DNA of 64,000 bases from the human T2T-CHM13v2.0 reference genome, Homo sapiens: the NCBI RefSeq assembly GCF_009914755.1, contig NC_060927.1; one strand, 5' to 3'. The translations under genes and the position numbers were made by a program. Below the pieces are notes generated by a model that made no database searches, had not been told where the DNA came from, and was given only the letters and a program-made list of their open reading frames with translations. Position 1 is the first letter of the stretch. The number at the start of each line of letters is the position of its first letter. Of the stretch, positions 46,904-64,000 are shown one piece after another.

Positions 46904-47595
46904 GTGAGAGGTGGGAATATGGCTGGCCCTAGAAGAGTGTGGTGAAAGGACCAGGGGTTGCCAGGGTAGGGCTGCGACTCATAAGCCACCTTTCTCATAA
47001 GCCATTCCTTATTCCCAGGTAAGGCATGGCCCTTAGGTGTGAGAGATGCACCAGGCTAATTTCATTCTCTCCTATTCACTCAGTGTCCAATTGCCCAGCT
47101 GCTACCAAATGCCAAGCACCAGGCAGCCATGAGGGGCCTTTCAGGACCTGTTCTGCTTCTGACTGGTTAGGTCACCTCAGAGAAGTCAATGTCCTTGCCT
47201 GTCAAATGAAGCAACATTTCCTGCCCTGCCAGCTTCACTGGGTGGTATGCATCAAAGGAGACTCGGACAGGACAGGGCTGTAAACAGTTCAGTCATTTGA
47301 CATCGCTGTGGTTATTAACCAGGGTGGGGTCATTGTCCAAGAAGAGAAGGGATGCTCTTTGGGAGGGATGCTTCTGTGGGCTGCATGGGGCCAGGGTCCA
47401 TCCTGGAGATGACCACTCAGTCTTTTTTGCCTTTAAACACCAGACCCTCCCTGAAAGTTTACCTTTACTTACTATGGGTTCTTGCCACTGCCCACCAGCA
47501 AAAGGGGTGGAGAAGGTAGGGTCAGCACTGTGACCTTCTTTAGCTTCCCCTCCCAAGGCCATCAGTGGACTTGTCTCCAGAATTTTTTTTTCCAG

Positions 47596-47785
47596 GTCTC
47601 AGTACTAGCCTGGTGACAACAGCATGAGCTCTGGGAGAAAGGCACCCTGAGAGTAGGGCCGGAGCTTCCTCTGACTTCAGCCCTCTAAGGCTACCTGCTG
47701 CCTGGGACCCATGTGTTCCCTGCCCCAAGGGCCACTGTTGGAGAAATGCTGCTAGGGCTGAATTGAGAGGCTTCAGCCAGCCTGG
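47596..47785 (+). pseudogene. Candidate middle exon of the ZNF pseudogene (post-SCAN linker type)
   Basis: tttttttttccag| and TGG|gtaagg; VSVLAW*QQHELWEKGTL; 190 nt, phase 0 to 1 like ZNF197 exon 6770-6929 and ZNF35 exon 28265-28409. Confidence 0.45.
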
Positions 47786-48711
47786 GTAAGGCCACTTTCC
47801 ACCTGGCCTTAACCACCACACCTCAGAAATGTGGGCCTCTGATACTCTCAGCAGAGTGCACCTCTCAGAATCCAGGCTTCAGGGCCTAGCCATCCCCAAG
47901 GCTGCCAGACAGGTTTTGTATGTCTTGGGAAAAGCCATTTCCCTCCTGGTCAGTTAGCAGACATCTCTTTGTGAATTACTCCAAGGTGCTGAGCTGTCCG
48001 TGGAGGAAAGCACCAGAGAGAATGTGTCCCCCAGCTCTGTGAGCAGACCTGGCTGCAGATGCCAGGCCAGGCTGGAGGCCACAAGGGTTCTGTCTACCAA
48101 ACACCCATTGCCAGCCCATCATGGCACCACAATTTCACATTGATTAGACAAAGAACTTGCCTAGGTTGTTTTCCTGGGTCATGATCCCAAATTCTTTGTA
48201 ATAACTCCCCCAAAGAGCCAAACCCCCCAAAATTCTTTCCCCTTGGTTAGCTGTGGCTGTCTGGCAAGCATAGTGGTCCTCAGGGTGACCTTCACGCCAA
48301 AACCAGTCATTCAGAGCCATCCTGAGCATTTTGCCAGATGTGCACTAGTGCTAATTCTGGGGCCCAAGGGAGGCAGGATAAACATATTTTATTTGTTGGC
48401 AGATGTGAGGACAGGGACTGTGCCAACCAGAATGGTGCCTTCACAGATACTAGCACAAGTGCACCAGGTTAAGAATGCTACAGGGCTGATAGGATTCAGA
48501 TGTTGCCCTGGAGAAACACACAGCCTAGTTGTGAAGATAAGATGGATACATGGGAAAGAGAAATCTAATTCACCAAAACATGTAAGGTCATTGCCAAAGA
48601 AATGGGGATGGATGGCAGAGGTAGTCAAGGATAGAGGAGGGAGCAGTCACTGGGAGCTGTGGGAAGGATGGGAGAAGGCTTCCTAAAGGAGAGGTGACTT
48701 GAGCCAGGCCT

Positions 48712-48764
48712 GATGGGTGGGTGGGTGGATGGATGGATGAATGAATGGGTGGGTGGATGGATGA
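48712..48764. repeat. (GGRT/GAAT)n tetranucleotide repeat
   Basis: GATGGGTGGGTGGGTGGATGGATGGATGAATG... Confidence 0.9.
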
Positions 48765-48914
48765 GCAGTTTTAGAGGACAAGGATTGGGTATTCCAAGCC
48801 ATGCAGAAGGTGAGAGGAAAGATACAGAGATAGGAAATCTTTGTTGAAGAGCATGAGTACAACCAGAAAGTTCAAGGAAGCCAAGAAGAGGGTTGGGGAA
48901 TAGGAGAAAAGATC

Positions 48915-49579
<665 letters not shown>

Positions 49580-51130
49580 AGATCTTAACTGGAGGGCTAG
49601 GGCCTAGAGTGGACCATGGCCATCTCTGCCCTTGGGACAGTGCTCTGCTATTTAGCATTTCCACACTCCTCTGTTTCTTCAGGCCTCCTGGAAGCAAAAG
49701 CCTGAGCTGCTCCTCCTGGACCTCCTAGAACAGCGTCCTTCTTTCCTGCTGTATTTCCTGTAGCTTAGGGGGAGGAAAGGGCCCTGCATGTGTCCCTCCC
49801 CACACTTCAGAGGGTTGGCTTGCCCTGCTTCTTTGTGCTTTCTCTTCCTGCCTGGACTGAGCTCGCGGATTGTGAGGCTAGGGAGCCACATCTCTCTGCC
49901 TCCCCTACTGCCAAACCTGGCAGCCCTCAACACCCTTCCCTCTGTGCAGTACCCTTGTTCTCCCTTTCCCCACTTTATCTGATAGATCTCTGAATTCTCT
50001 CTTGAGTCACAAGTTCTCATCCTGCCTCTCTCCAGCCAGGAAGTTGACTTGGTCAAGCTCTGTGACTCCCAGGACGCCATGTCCACAGCCCAGCCCATCT
50101 CTGACCACCACTTGCTGCCTTGGCCAGTTTCCAAGTCGCCTCTGTCTCCTCCTCTCAGCTTGGCAGTCTTTATGCATGCAGGCATTGCCCTCATCAGACA
50201 AATGTTTGGTGACAGTGCCATCCCTGGCTCTTTCCCAGAATGCATTTTTTTGTTGTTGTTTTGTTTTGTTTTGACTACTCTTTCTTTTCTTTTTCTCTAC
50301 CCATGCTCTGAAACCATAGTATACATACAGGACAATTATGATTGTAAGTACTGTGCTTCCTATCCCAGATATTTCAGGAAGCTCACTGGTGTAACACTTG
50401 GGGCCTTACTCTGATCCTCACACACTCTTGCCACACTACAAAAAGGGATTTTATTTGACTGGTGAGTTTTGGAAAGCCAGTCCTCCTCCCACTTCTCCCT
50501 TGGGGTCTGGCATCTTCACAGAAACCATGCATTCCATCCTGGCCGTTTGTGCTGCAGGTGTTTCAGGAGCAAACCCATGGCAGCCAGCACTATGTCCTTG
50601 GGTGGCTAATGCTGCCTAATCCTGGGATTCATAACCCCACTTGCCTGCAGATACAGCCACATTCACCAATATCAGGCTTTCACTAATAAAAGTGATATGT
50701 TGGTCTCCCCATATTATTTCTCAGTTGGTTCGAATATTGAGTATAAAATTATAATAATAGCTAATACCTAGCTAAACACTTCATGTACATTGTATTTGAC
50801 TCATGTACATTGTACATGTGCATTGACTTATTTAATTCTTACAACATCACTATGACATAGGTACTAGTATTAATCCATTTTACAGGTAGGAAACTGAGGT
50901 ACAGAAAGGTCACATAACTGTTCATGGCAAAGACAGGATTTGGTCTCAGACAGTCTGGCCCCAGAGACCACACCCCTGGTCTCAATGCTATATTGCCTCT
51001 GAAGAGAAGGGTGTTACTTATTGAATTCCCTCAAATCCCACTATAGTTTCATGTTTCCCATCTAGAATATAAAGCTGATTCTATTTTTATTTGCTTTTGT
51101 TATATCTGTTATCTTCTATGTCTTGTTTAG

Positions 51131-51790
<660 letters not shown>

Positions 51791-54700
51791 GAAATCAACT
51801 CAGAGTTTTGCAAATCATCTGAGATGACCCAACCAGTCAGAGGCAGAGCATGTCCTGAAGGGCCCCTCATGGTTGCCTAGTGCCTGGTACCTGGGAGCAT
51901 GCCTGGAAGAAATACCAGCCAACTTCCCCGGTCAGAGCCCAGTGCTGATGGGTCAGGGCTTCAGGTCCAGCACTGAATCCACATGAGAGCAAGCTGAGCC
52001 CTTGTCACCAACCTAGCTCTCAGGCTAAGGTAGGCTCCTGTAAGGGCCTCCTGGTGTCTTTGGAGAGACAAGATACATACACAGTAAACACACAAATGAG
52101 TAAAGGACAGTAGGTGACAAGCTGAGATTAAAGTGCTGAATTGTGTGCAGAGATAGCAAGATCAGCAGGGAGGGGAAATGGGTGAAGCTTTAGTGGGCCA
52201 GCTCTGGGAGAATGGGTTGGCAGTAGGTGGATGAGGGACAGCCCAGGGAGGGGACTAAGCAAACAAGGAATGCCTCCAGGTGGGCCCCAGTGAGGGGAGA
52301 GACTGGCTGTACAGTCACTAGGAGTGGCAGGCTTGACAGGCACATGGGGAGGTGAGAAGTTTCAGGACAAAAGCCCCGGTGTGTGGGTGGTACCAACCAA
52401 GGCCAAGCCCTGCCCACGGTACTGGGCTTCGTGTACCAGGTTAACCCTGGGCAAGCCACTGAGCATCATTTTCCACACCTGTGCAGGACAGGAGTTGGAC
52501 ATGAGGGGCTTTGAGCTCTCTTCTCTCTGCCACTTGTGATTTCAGAGCTTTGAAGCCATTGTCAGAATGAGGACTAATAGACGGAGGAGGGAAGTGTTGG
52601 GAGAATGAAGCTGATGGGAACTCAGGGTAGACGGACAAAGAGGAGGAAAAGGAGACAAGGGAGACCACGTGGGAGGCAGGTGGGGAAATCCAGTTGGTTC
52701 TTCTCAGACTTTGGTACCTACCACAGGTGACCTTGCTCAGCTGAAGTAGGTCAAAGACGCTCTTTAGTCATTGTCCATTCATTCAGCAATTTACTGAGCA
52801 CCTTTTATGTAAAAGGCACCTTGCTAGGTGAACTAAGGGGCCCACAGGGAATGAGACCTGGTCCTTCTCTTAACACAATCCAGCAGGGGAAGTAAGACCA
52901 CCACAAGGCAGAACATGCTGAGCGGGAGGACAGCTGAGGATAATTGCAGGGAAGTTCAGACGAGGGTGGATGCTGCTTTGATTTGGGGTGGATCATGAAA
53001 AAAGTGGCATTCAAGCCAACCTCGAAGGGTGAGTAGGAGTCCCAAAACCTGATGGGAGAGGAGTTGTGTCTAGGAGAAGGACTTGTCTGGAAAGCATGAA
53101 GCATGTTGGGAACAGTGTACTGTCTTGGCTTGATAGATGGAAGGCATGCCAGTGACACTCTGGGTGCTTGCTAATGTTCATGCTGTGTGAGATGTAAGGT
53201 ACAGCTAGTCTGAAAACCTTCCTAGCACTGGCTCCTTTTGCAGTGTGGATGTTTTGTTAATAAAGAACAGGTTTGTGCTTCCCCCATCACTAAGCAGTGC
53301 TTAGCTTAAAATGTCATGCAGCCTGGTCTAGTAAATAAAATATACAGTGCAGCTCTCCAGATCCCCTAGTTGCCAGCAATTATTAGTCTGCTGGGACCTG
53401 GCAGGAAGGAGAGAGTTTAATGAAAGGGTGATTTACAGAGGTTTGGGGAGGGGATGGGGAGACACCAGATACCAGCAAGAACTAGAGCCTCTGCCACTCC
53501 TAGCTTGAAAGGGCACGGAAGGAAATGGTGTAGCTGGAGCCATGCAGCTGTGGTTACAGAGGGACACAGCCACTGCCAGAACCATGGTAGCAGACAGAAG
53601 TACCCCGTCCCATTCTCATGCCTCCCTCTGACATACCAGTGCATCCCACTAGGAAGCCAGAAGTAAGGGACCCAGGGTGATGCCACCCACAGGGATCTCT
53701 GCCCCAGGGCAATGAGGTAGATGATGGATCTGGGGTGCAGACAAGAATAACCAGTATGCAGGCCAAGGAGTGGAGAATCAAAGAATAACTCTGTGGGGCA
53801 GAGACCAGTCTCTACCCAGAGCTGCTTGGCCTCTGGTAGTACATGGATCTCTCTACTCTCTAATTTCTACCTCTGCCACTTCCCTGAATGGCGCAGCTCT
53901 TCTAAAATGAGTGGCAGAGTAAACCCTTGGCCCTTCCCACCTTCCAGCAGACATTAACTTCATCCAGTCCCTGGACTCCCCCAACACCCACCCCCAGAGA
54001 AACCTGGTAATTTCAGTTTCTCTGGCTGTACAGGTTATCCCCTGCTGACCTGCCCTAGAGATAAGTTACTGTTAGGCCATGTCTCAGAGCAGGAAAGCAA
54101 GTTAATAATAATTGTTTTATTTTATACAGTAGTTACTAAGCACTTACTCTGTGCAGTGCTCTTCTTAATGTGTTTTACTCAATCCTCACTGCATCCCTTA
54201 GATAGTTAATATCACCATTTTATAGACAGGGACAGTGAGGCACAGAGAGTTTAAGAAGTTTGCCCATAGGTATGCAGTAAGTGGAGAAGGGACTGGGCTG
54301 TGGGCATTGAGTGGCTGCTGAGTCTGGACACCACAGCCCACACCAGGGGTGGACATCGCTCCATTCAATTTACTGTCTCCCTGATACTCCGCCTGTAGCC
54401 CACACCGAGCCATGCACAGCTGCAGTGGTCACTTCCCTGGCCACCGTCTCCATTCAGGCAGAGGTGTTTTGGTCCTTTCACCACTTAGTTCTGCTTTGCC
54501 CTTATGTCCAAAGCAAAACCCTTTTTACTAGAACTTTTGTTCTAGTAAAAAATTAACTTCCCTTCATTTTCAGGCCTGCAATCCTTCGCCAGGTGTCTGC
54601 CCAAGACAACTAGCAGTTTCACACAGATGCTAAGTCTCATGCAAACCAAAACCAAGGAGTCACACAGCTCATTTCAGATGCTTATTGTGTAAACACACAA

Positions 54701-55235
54701 GATTAGCAGTTGCTTTCATGAATGTCTGGGCTTCTGTGCACACCCTACACCTTGCCTTTGTTAAAATAGGCTGTTTTAACAAGGAAAAGGGCCCTGGTGT
54801 TTGCCAAAAGAAGGGGGATTTGGTAAGAAGGATTTTCTTATACTTTGGATGGACATTTTTTATTCTTATACTTAAAAAAATTATTACACTTTGAAATTTC
54901 AACTCCTTGTGACGGACGCCATGCAGTTTGAGCTGACAGATGTTGCAACTGTAATTCACCTCAGGCTTTCCTTGTTGCCAGAAGTCAAGCCAGTGACTGA
55001 TTCCTAGCACCCCTTTTTTGCCTACTAGTGATTGAAAGATAAAGTATATCTCATGCTGGAATTGACCTAGAAGGAACTGGAGACATTTTGAAAGTCAACC
55101 TTCCAGTTTGTTAAAAATCTCTAAAATTGACCCTCTAGTGTTGGGGACTATAAATCCACACCCAAGAGAGGGCCAGTTCCTGACTTAATTGGAGGGCTAA
55201 ACTCATAGCAGTGGGCAGCAACCAGCATTACAATA

Positions 55236-58509
<3,274 letters not shown>

Positions 58510-59478
58510 CACATACCGAGACATATTGCATTCCTATTATATTTTTCCTTTAGTCTAAAGGTAATAAATTTCTTTTTGTGTAAGTGGCAGATGATTAGGA
58601 TATTACTTTTTAATTTTATACACACACATGATCTGTTTTATTTCCTTGTAAGGAAAAGTCAAGCTCTATGGTCTAGAGAGAAGAGAACAGGCCTTAAGAC
58701 TAGGATCTCATCCCTGAGCAGCTAGCAACTGAAGATGAGAGAGAAGGATATTTTTAAAGACACCCCTCTAGCATGTCTAATGGTCAAGGATTGCAGTGTT
58801 TCTGACAGAACACTTCTGTTCTGAGAGGCTCAGACTCCTTAGCCCTATGGACAGGGTTTAATACTTCATCTTGTTAACTTTGGTCTGCAGTTCTGGTCTG
58901 GTAGGGTTCCTTTGATTCATGATTCTATCATCCTATGTATCCTTCGCTGTTTTGGTCACTCCTAAAGGCAGCCTACATTTGAATGAGGATGTGACATTCT
59001 AAATTTTAGTACTGCTCACAGTGGGCCTTCTAAGCTTCCCAACTCTAGCACATTAAAGCTTTGAAATAACAATGAAAAGTAAGTAAGCTTTAATGTGCTG
59101 GAGTTACATTGGAAAAATTACAAATCTTCAAAGCAGGTGAGATCTTGCAAGATTATCAGATTAAGAGTTTCTTGATAAGAGGAAGTTCTCAATGAATTAA
59201 AATTTAATCAACTTTGTAGAAATGAAGAGCTCCTCAGTTTCCTGTCAATCAAAGTGGAAGACAGGACCTGGCATCTACCTCTTGGAACTCCAAATCTGAC
59301 TGGAGGCACATGTACAAAAACAAGGCAAGTGAATAAAACACCATACAAGCAGAGTGAGTTTGTGGACCCAGATTTCCAGCAATGAACAGTCCATGACCTC
59401 TCACATACTTCCTAGTATTTATGAGATGCTGGCCTGGCTGAAGGCAAGCATATAACATGACCATTCAACTCTGCCCCA

Positions 59479-60537
<1,059 letters not shown>

Positions 60538-60891
60538 CTGAAAAAAGCCTCAGGGCCTGAATTTCCATGCTGGCTCTGCCACTTAGGGGCTGTTTGCGCT
60601 TAGGCAGATTAACCCCTCTCATTTTTTCTTAATAGGAATAATAGTACCTACCTCATAAGGTTGCTGTCAGGATTAAATGAAACAAGCATTTAGAACAGTG
60701 CCTGGCCCACGCTAAGCATTACACAAGCACTTGCTATTATTTTGCCTCTTTAATGCTCCTTAAATCTACACAGTTCAGACATTCAGACATTCAGACTTAT
60801 GGGACACTTATGACTGCCACCTGCACCTACACTACTTTCCTCCCGCCCGCATCCCATTTCTAGTCCCCAGTTCACCCTAACAACAAGCCCT

Positions 60892-61083
60892 TCAGACACA
60901 CCCACCAGTGTGCCCACGTCAATTTACCATTGCCATGGCAACACCCCGGAGTTACTGCACCTTTCCATGGCAGTGACCCAATGACCCAAAAGTACTACTC
61001 CTTCCCTAGAAAGTTCTGCATAAGCCGCCCCTTAATCTGCATGCGATTAAAAATGGGTATAAATATGACCGCAAAACTGCCCT
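60892..61083 (+). repeat. Local direct copy of 61851-62033 (MER66-like core)
   Basis: Near-identical, about 190 bp; flanked by GCCCTTCA on both sides. Confidence 0.9.
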
Positions 61084-61089
61084 TCAAGC

Positions 61090-61450
61090 AGTTGACGAGC
61101 GACTTTCCCCTTACATCAAGTGCACAGTAAGCCCAAGCGCCGGGGCCGCGGGGATTCCCGCCAGTCACTCCCGCCACTACCGCCACCCGGCCCCGCCGCC
61201 AGCGCAGCCCGCAGCCCCGGCAAGCCTGCGCCCGCTCGGCCCCGGTCTCTTTCGCTCACCAGAGGCTACGGGGCGCCCGGCCCCGCACACCCAAGAAACA
61301 CTGCCACCGCGACGCGCCTGCCCCCAGGATCCTCTCGCGAGCTTCAGTACCCAAGGAAGATGGGCCGTCCCGGAAGTGCGGCCGGGGCGACTTGCAGGCC
61401 CCTCGCCGACCGCTCTAGGAATCTCGGAGGTCTTTTGACCTCGACGCCTC
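61090..61450 (-). promoter_or_regulatory. CpG-island promoter and candidate exon 1 (about 61380 to 61260) of the - strand unit
   Basis: Very CpG-dense; CCGGAAGTG ETS site near 61370; TCTCGCGAG 61333-61341; - strand donor CTG|gtgagc at 61260/61259. Confidence 0.75.
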
Positions 61451-61754
61451 CTTACCTGGGTCTCCTACATCTGACCTATCCATTCCAATTAAAAATCTGC
61501 AATGTGTTTAGGGGTGGGAGGACAATCTACTATCTACACAAAGGCCTCAGAGAATGTTGGGGAAAAAATTAAAGTCTTAGATATTGACATGTTTAACTTT
61601 TACTTCTTTTACAATGTAAAAGTGTCTCTCTACAGCTCCTTTATTTTTGAGAGGTGCTTATAGAAGATACGATTCAGGTTAGAAGATTCAAGTTAGAAAA
61701 TTCTCTCTAGTCAATGCTCTCCAACCCGTTGCAGTAGGATTGGGATGGAACTGC

Positions 61755-62214
61755 TGAGGTAGCAAGCAGGACTTGACTCCAGAGGCCGGGTCAGACACTC
61801 GACCAAATTGAGGACTAACTAAAACAGAGCCAGGTGGAAGCAGCTTTCAGTCAGACACACCCACCAGTGTGCCATGTCAATTTACCATTGCCATGGCAAC
61901 ACCCCGGAGTTACTGCACCTTTCCATGGCAGTGACCCAAAAGTACTACTCCTTCCCTAGAAAGTTCTGCATAAGTCGCCCCTTAATCTGCATGCGATTAA
62001 AAATGGATATAAATATGACTGCAAAACTGCCCTGAGCTGCTACTGTCTGCCTACAGGGTAGCCCTCCTTTGCAGGAGCAGTTACAGAGCTGTAACACCGC
62101 CTCTTTGAAGGGGTTTTTTCTTCTACCTCTGGCTTGTCCTTGAAGTCTTTCCTGGGCAAAGCCAGGAACCCTTGTGGGCTAAGCTCCACTTTGGGGCTTG
62201 CCTGACTTGCATAA
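61755..62214 (+). mobile_element. ERV1 solo LTR (MER66-like)
   Basis: TGAGGTAG...GACTTGACTCC...GACCAAATTGAGGACTA...CATTGCCATGGCAACACC; about 460 bp. Confidence 0.75.
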
Positions 62215-62379
62215 CCGTGAAGCTACTTGAGTTGTCAAATAAAAAACAAACTCAGACATAGATAAGACAGGCTTTATTCAAAAGGACAATTGCAAATGGG
62301 AGAAAGGTACTACTACAATAGGGAGAGGAGGACTATTGCAATAGAGAGAATGCTTAGACCATAAGATCCACAAACATCT

Positions 62380-63105
62380 TGTCAACCCAAATAACAGACA
62401 GACTCTCTAAAGATAAGGTGTTTATTCAGGAGTGCACAGGGGATTCACAAATCCAGTATATGGGGGCTATGCAGACCATTGGCATATCCAAAGAGGTTGT
62501 GTAGCGGGATTGATAAAAAATTAGAGAGACCGATGGGGTTGAGAAGGATATTTATTATTTAGGTGCACTGGCCCAGTCGGATTAACATCCAAAGGCTGAG
62601 CCCTGAACAAAATGTTAAGTTACCTTTTAAGCATTTCGTGGGGCAGGAGAAAATCTGTGCAGGGAAAAACGTATTACAGAAGCAAAAAACAAAGACAGTT
62701 ATTCAATTAATTGAGACCTGCATTACATCAGTTGAAGCAAGGAAAAGTTTTTAAAGGCAAAAAGGAAGCATACGTAATTTGTTTTGAAACAAAGAGAATA
62801 TTGGTTACAAGACTTATCAGAGGGGTTGATGCCAGTTTATTAACAGAGAGAGTGTGTCAAGCAAGTGTTCTTGTGCATCCAGGTAGCTTCCTTTTACTCA
62901 CGTAGCAAGCTGCAGCTTAGAAAGCCCTTGTCAGAAGTTCTTGTTATGGGCACCTATGCATAGAAAGTTCTTGTAATATTTCATAACATAGGCATATGTG
63001 CATGAGGACCCTCCCTTCTTAACCTTCTGGTTTTATTTATTTCTTTTTTTTTTTTTGTTAGGGCTTGACACAAGTGACTCCATTTTGATTTTGACGACTT
63101 TCACA
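62380..63105 (-). mobile_element. ERV1 LTR (MER67-like) nested in an older ERV1-type LTR (about 62233-63380)
   Basis: TG...CA ends; exact 4-bp TSD ATCT at 62376-62379 and 63106-63109. Confidence 0.75.
62500..62730 (-). mobile_element. LTR22-like (ERVK/HML-5) fragment nested in the MER67-like LTR
   Basis: TGTAGCGGGATT...CCCAGTCGGATTAACATCCAAAGG...; flanked by GTTG on both sides. Confidence 0.65.
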
Positions 63106-63132
63106 ATCTCGAAGGTCAGGCAGAAAAGAATT

Positions 63133-63263
63133 TTATGCAGAACTTTCTAGGGAAGGAGTAGTACTTTTGGGTCATTGGGTCATTGCCGTGGAAAGGTGCG
63201 GTAACTCCTGGGTGTTGCCATAGCAATGGTAAATTGACATGACACACTCGTGTGTATGTCTGA
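63133..63263 (-). repeat. Local inverted copy of the same MER66-like core
   Basis: Reverse complement begins TCAGACA and runs to AAAGTTCTGCATAA. Confidence 0.88.
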
Positions 63264-63389
63264 TAGGTAGGAATAAATTAGGTTAGAGCAGACTGGTGTA
63301 AGGGAATGAATGAGCCAGTGTCATAATTGGATAGTTAATCAGGAAATGTCTTTCCTTGAAGTCAGCTGATTACCAGTGAGCACATAAGC

Positions 63390-63631
63390 CAGAGTTCTTC
63401 AGAGAACCAGAGCCAATAGGATGTGTAGATATATAAGAGGAATTTATTAAGGAAATTGACTCACATGATTATAGAGGCTGAGAAATCCCACGATATGCCA
63501 TTTGTGAGCTGGAGAACCAGGGAAACAAGTAGCATAGCTCAGTCCAAGTCTGAAGGCCTGAGAACTGAGAGGGCCACTGGTGCAAGTCCCAGAGTCTGAA
63601 GGTTGAAAAACCTGGAGTTCTAATGTCCTAG
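63390..63631. mobile_element. MLT2-like (ERVL) LTR fragment, followed by another ERV LTR from about 63632 to the window end
   Basis: GAACCAGAGCCAATAGGATG...GACTCACATGATTATAGAGGCTGAGAAATCCCACGAT. Confidence 0.7.
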
Positions 63632-64000
63632 TGTTGCTGGAGGGCTTAGTAGGGTCTCCAGATGCCAGTGAGACCCTAGCTCCAGCTGGTTTCCAGCTTC
63701 ATGACACCATTGCAAGTAAGAATTCAAGGAAAAGTCAGAATGAAGTGAAAGGCAAGAAGCTTTTATTGCAAAACAAAAGTACACACTTAAGAGAGAAGTG
63801 TGAGTGTGCTCATGAGAATGAGTCACACACAACGAGTTTCTAATTTTATGGGTGTTTCTTTAATTATGGGGTGGAATAATCATTCAGTATTTTGGAAAAG
63901 AAAGGGATTTCAGAGACTCCTCCCAGCCCCCTATTCCCCCCATTACCACCCCCTTTCTCCCTTATTTGGGTTTGCCAAGAAGAGTCATGGACATGTCAGC

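Noticed and set aside
49683-49735. KPELLLLDLLEQ after a ttcttcag acceptor, faintly like KRAB-B
   Set aside because: Too short, needs a frameshift, no clear donor and no KRAB-A exon found nearby
49679-50245. 188-aa - strand ORF
   Set aside because: No recognisable domain, splice context or promoter; likely chance in GC-richer DNA
61448-61460. Second strong - strand donor CAG|gtaagg upstream of the CpG island core
   Set aside because: No matching upstream start or exon can be defined; left uncalled

Overview
Primate genomic DNA that matches my recollection of the human 3p21.3 zinc-finger cluster. It is not prokaryotic and contains no CRISPR, rRNA or tRNA. Two intact + strand genes can be assembled exon by exon: ZNF197 (SCAN-KRAB, 22 C2H2 fingers, 1029 aa, plus a 267-aa fingerless isoform using an alternative last exon) and ZNF35 (11 C2H2 fingers, 527 aa). 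The last 20 kb holds two further zinc-finger loci lying tail-to-tail. One is a decayed + strand pseudogene (about 46.7-51.8 kb) with ZNF35-like exon structure. The other is a - strand unit with its own CpG-island promoter, good splice sites and a 322-codon, 6-finger open frame that has no in-frame AUG; it is the most interesting object in the window. Also present: a near full-length Tigger3/Golem DNA transposon, several solo LTRs with target-site duplications (some nested), many Alus, L1/L2/MIR relics, and a cluster of short locally templated insertions at 59-63 kb. Repeat family names come from memory of consensus sequences and need RepeatMasker/Dfam confirmation. I see no evidence of a wholly new biological system; the best candidates are listed as testable hypotheses.
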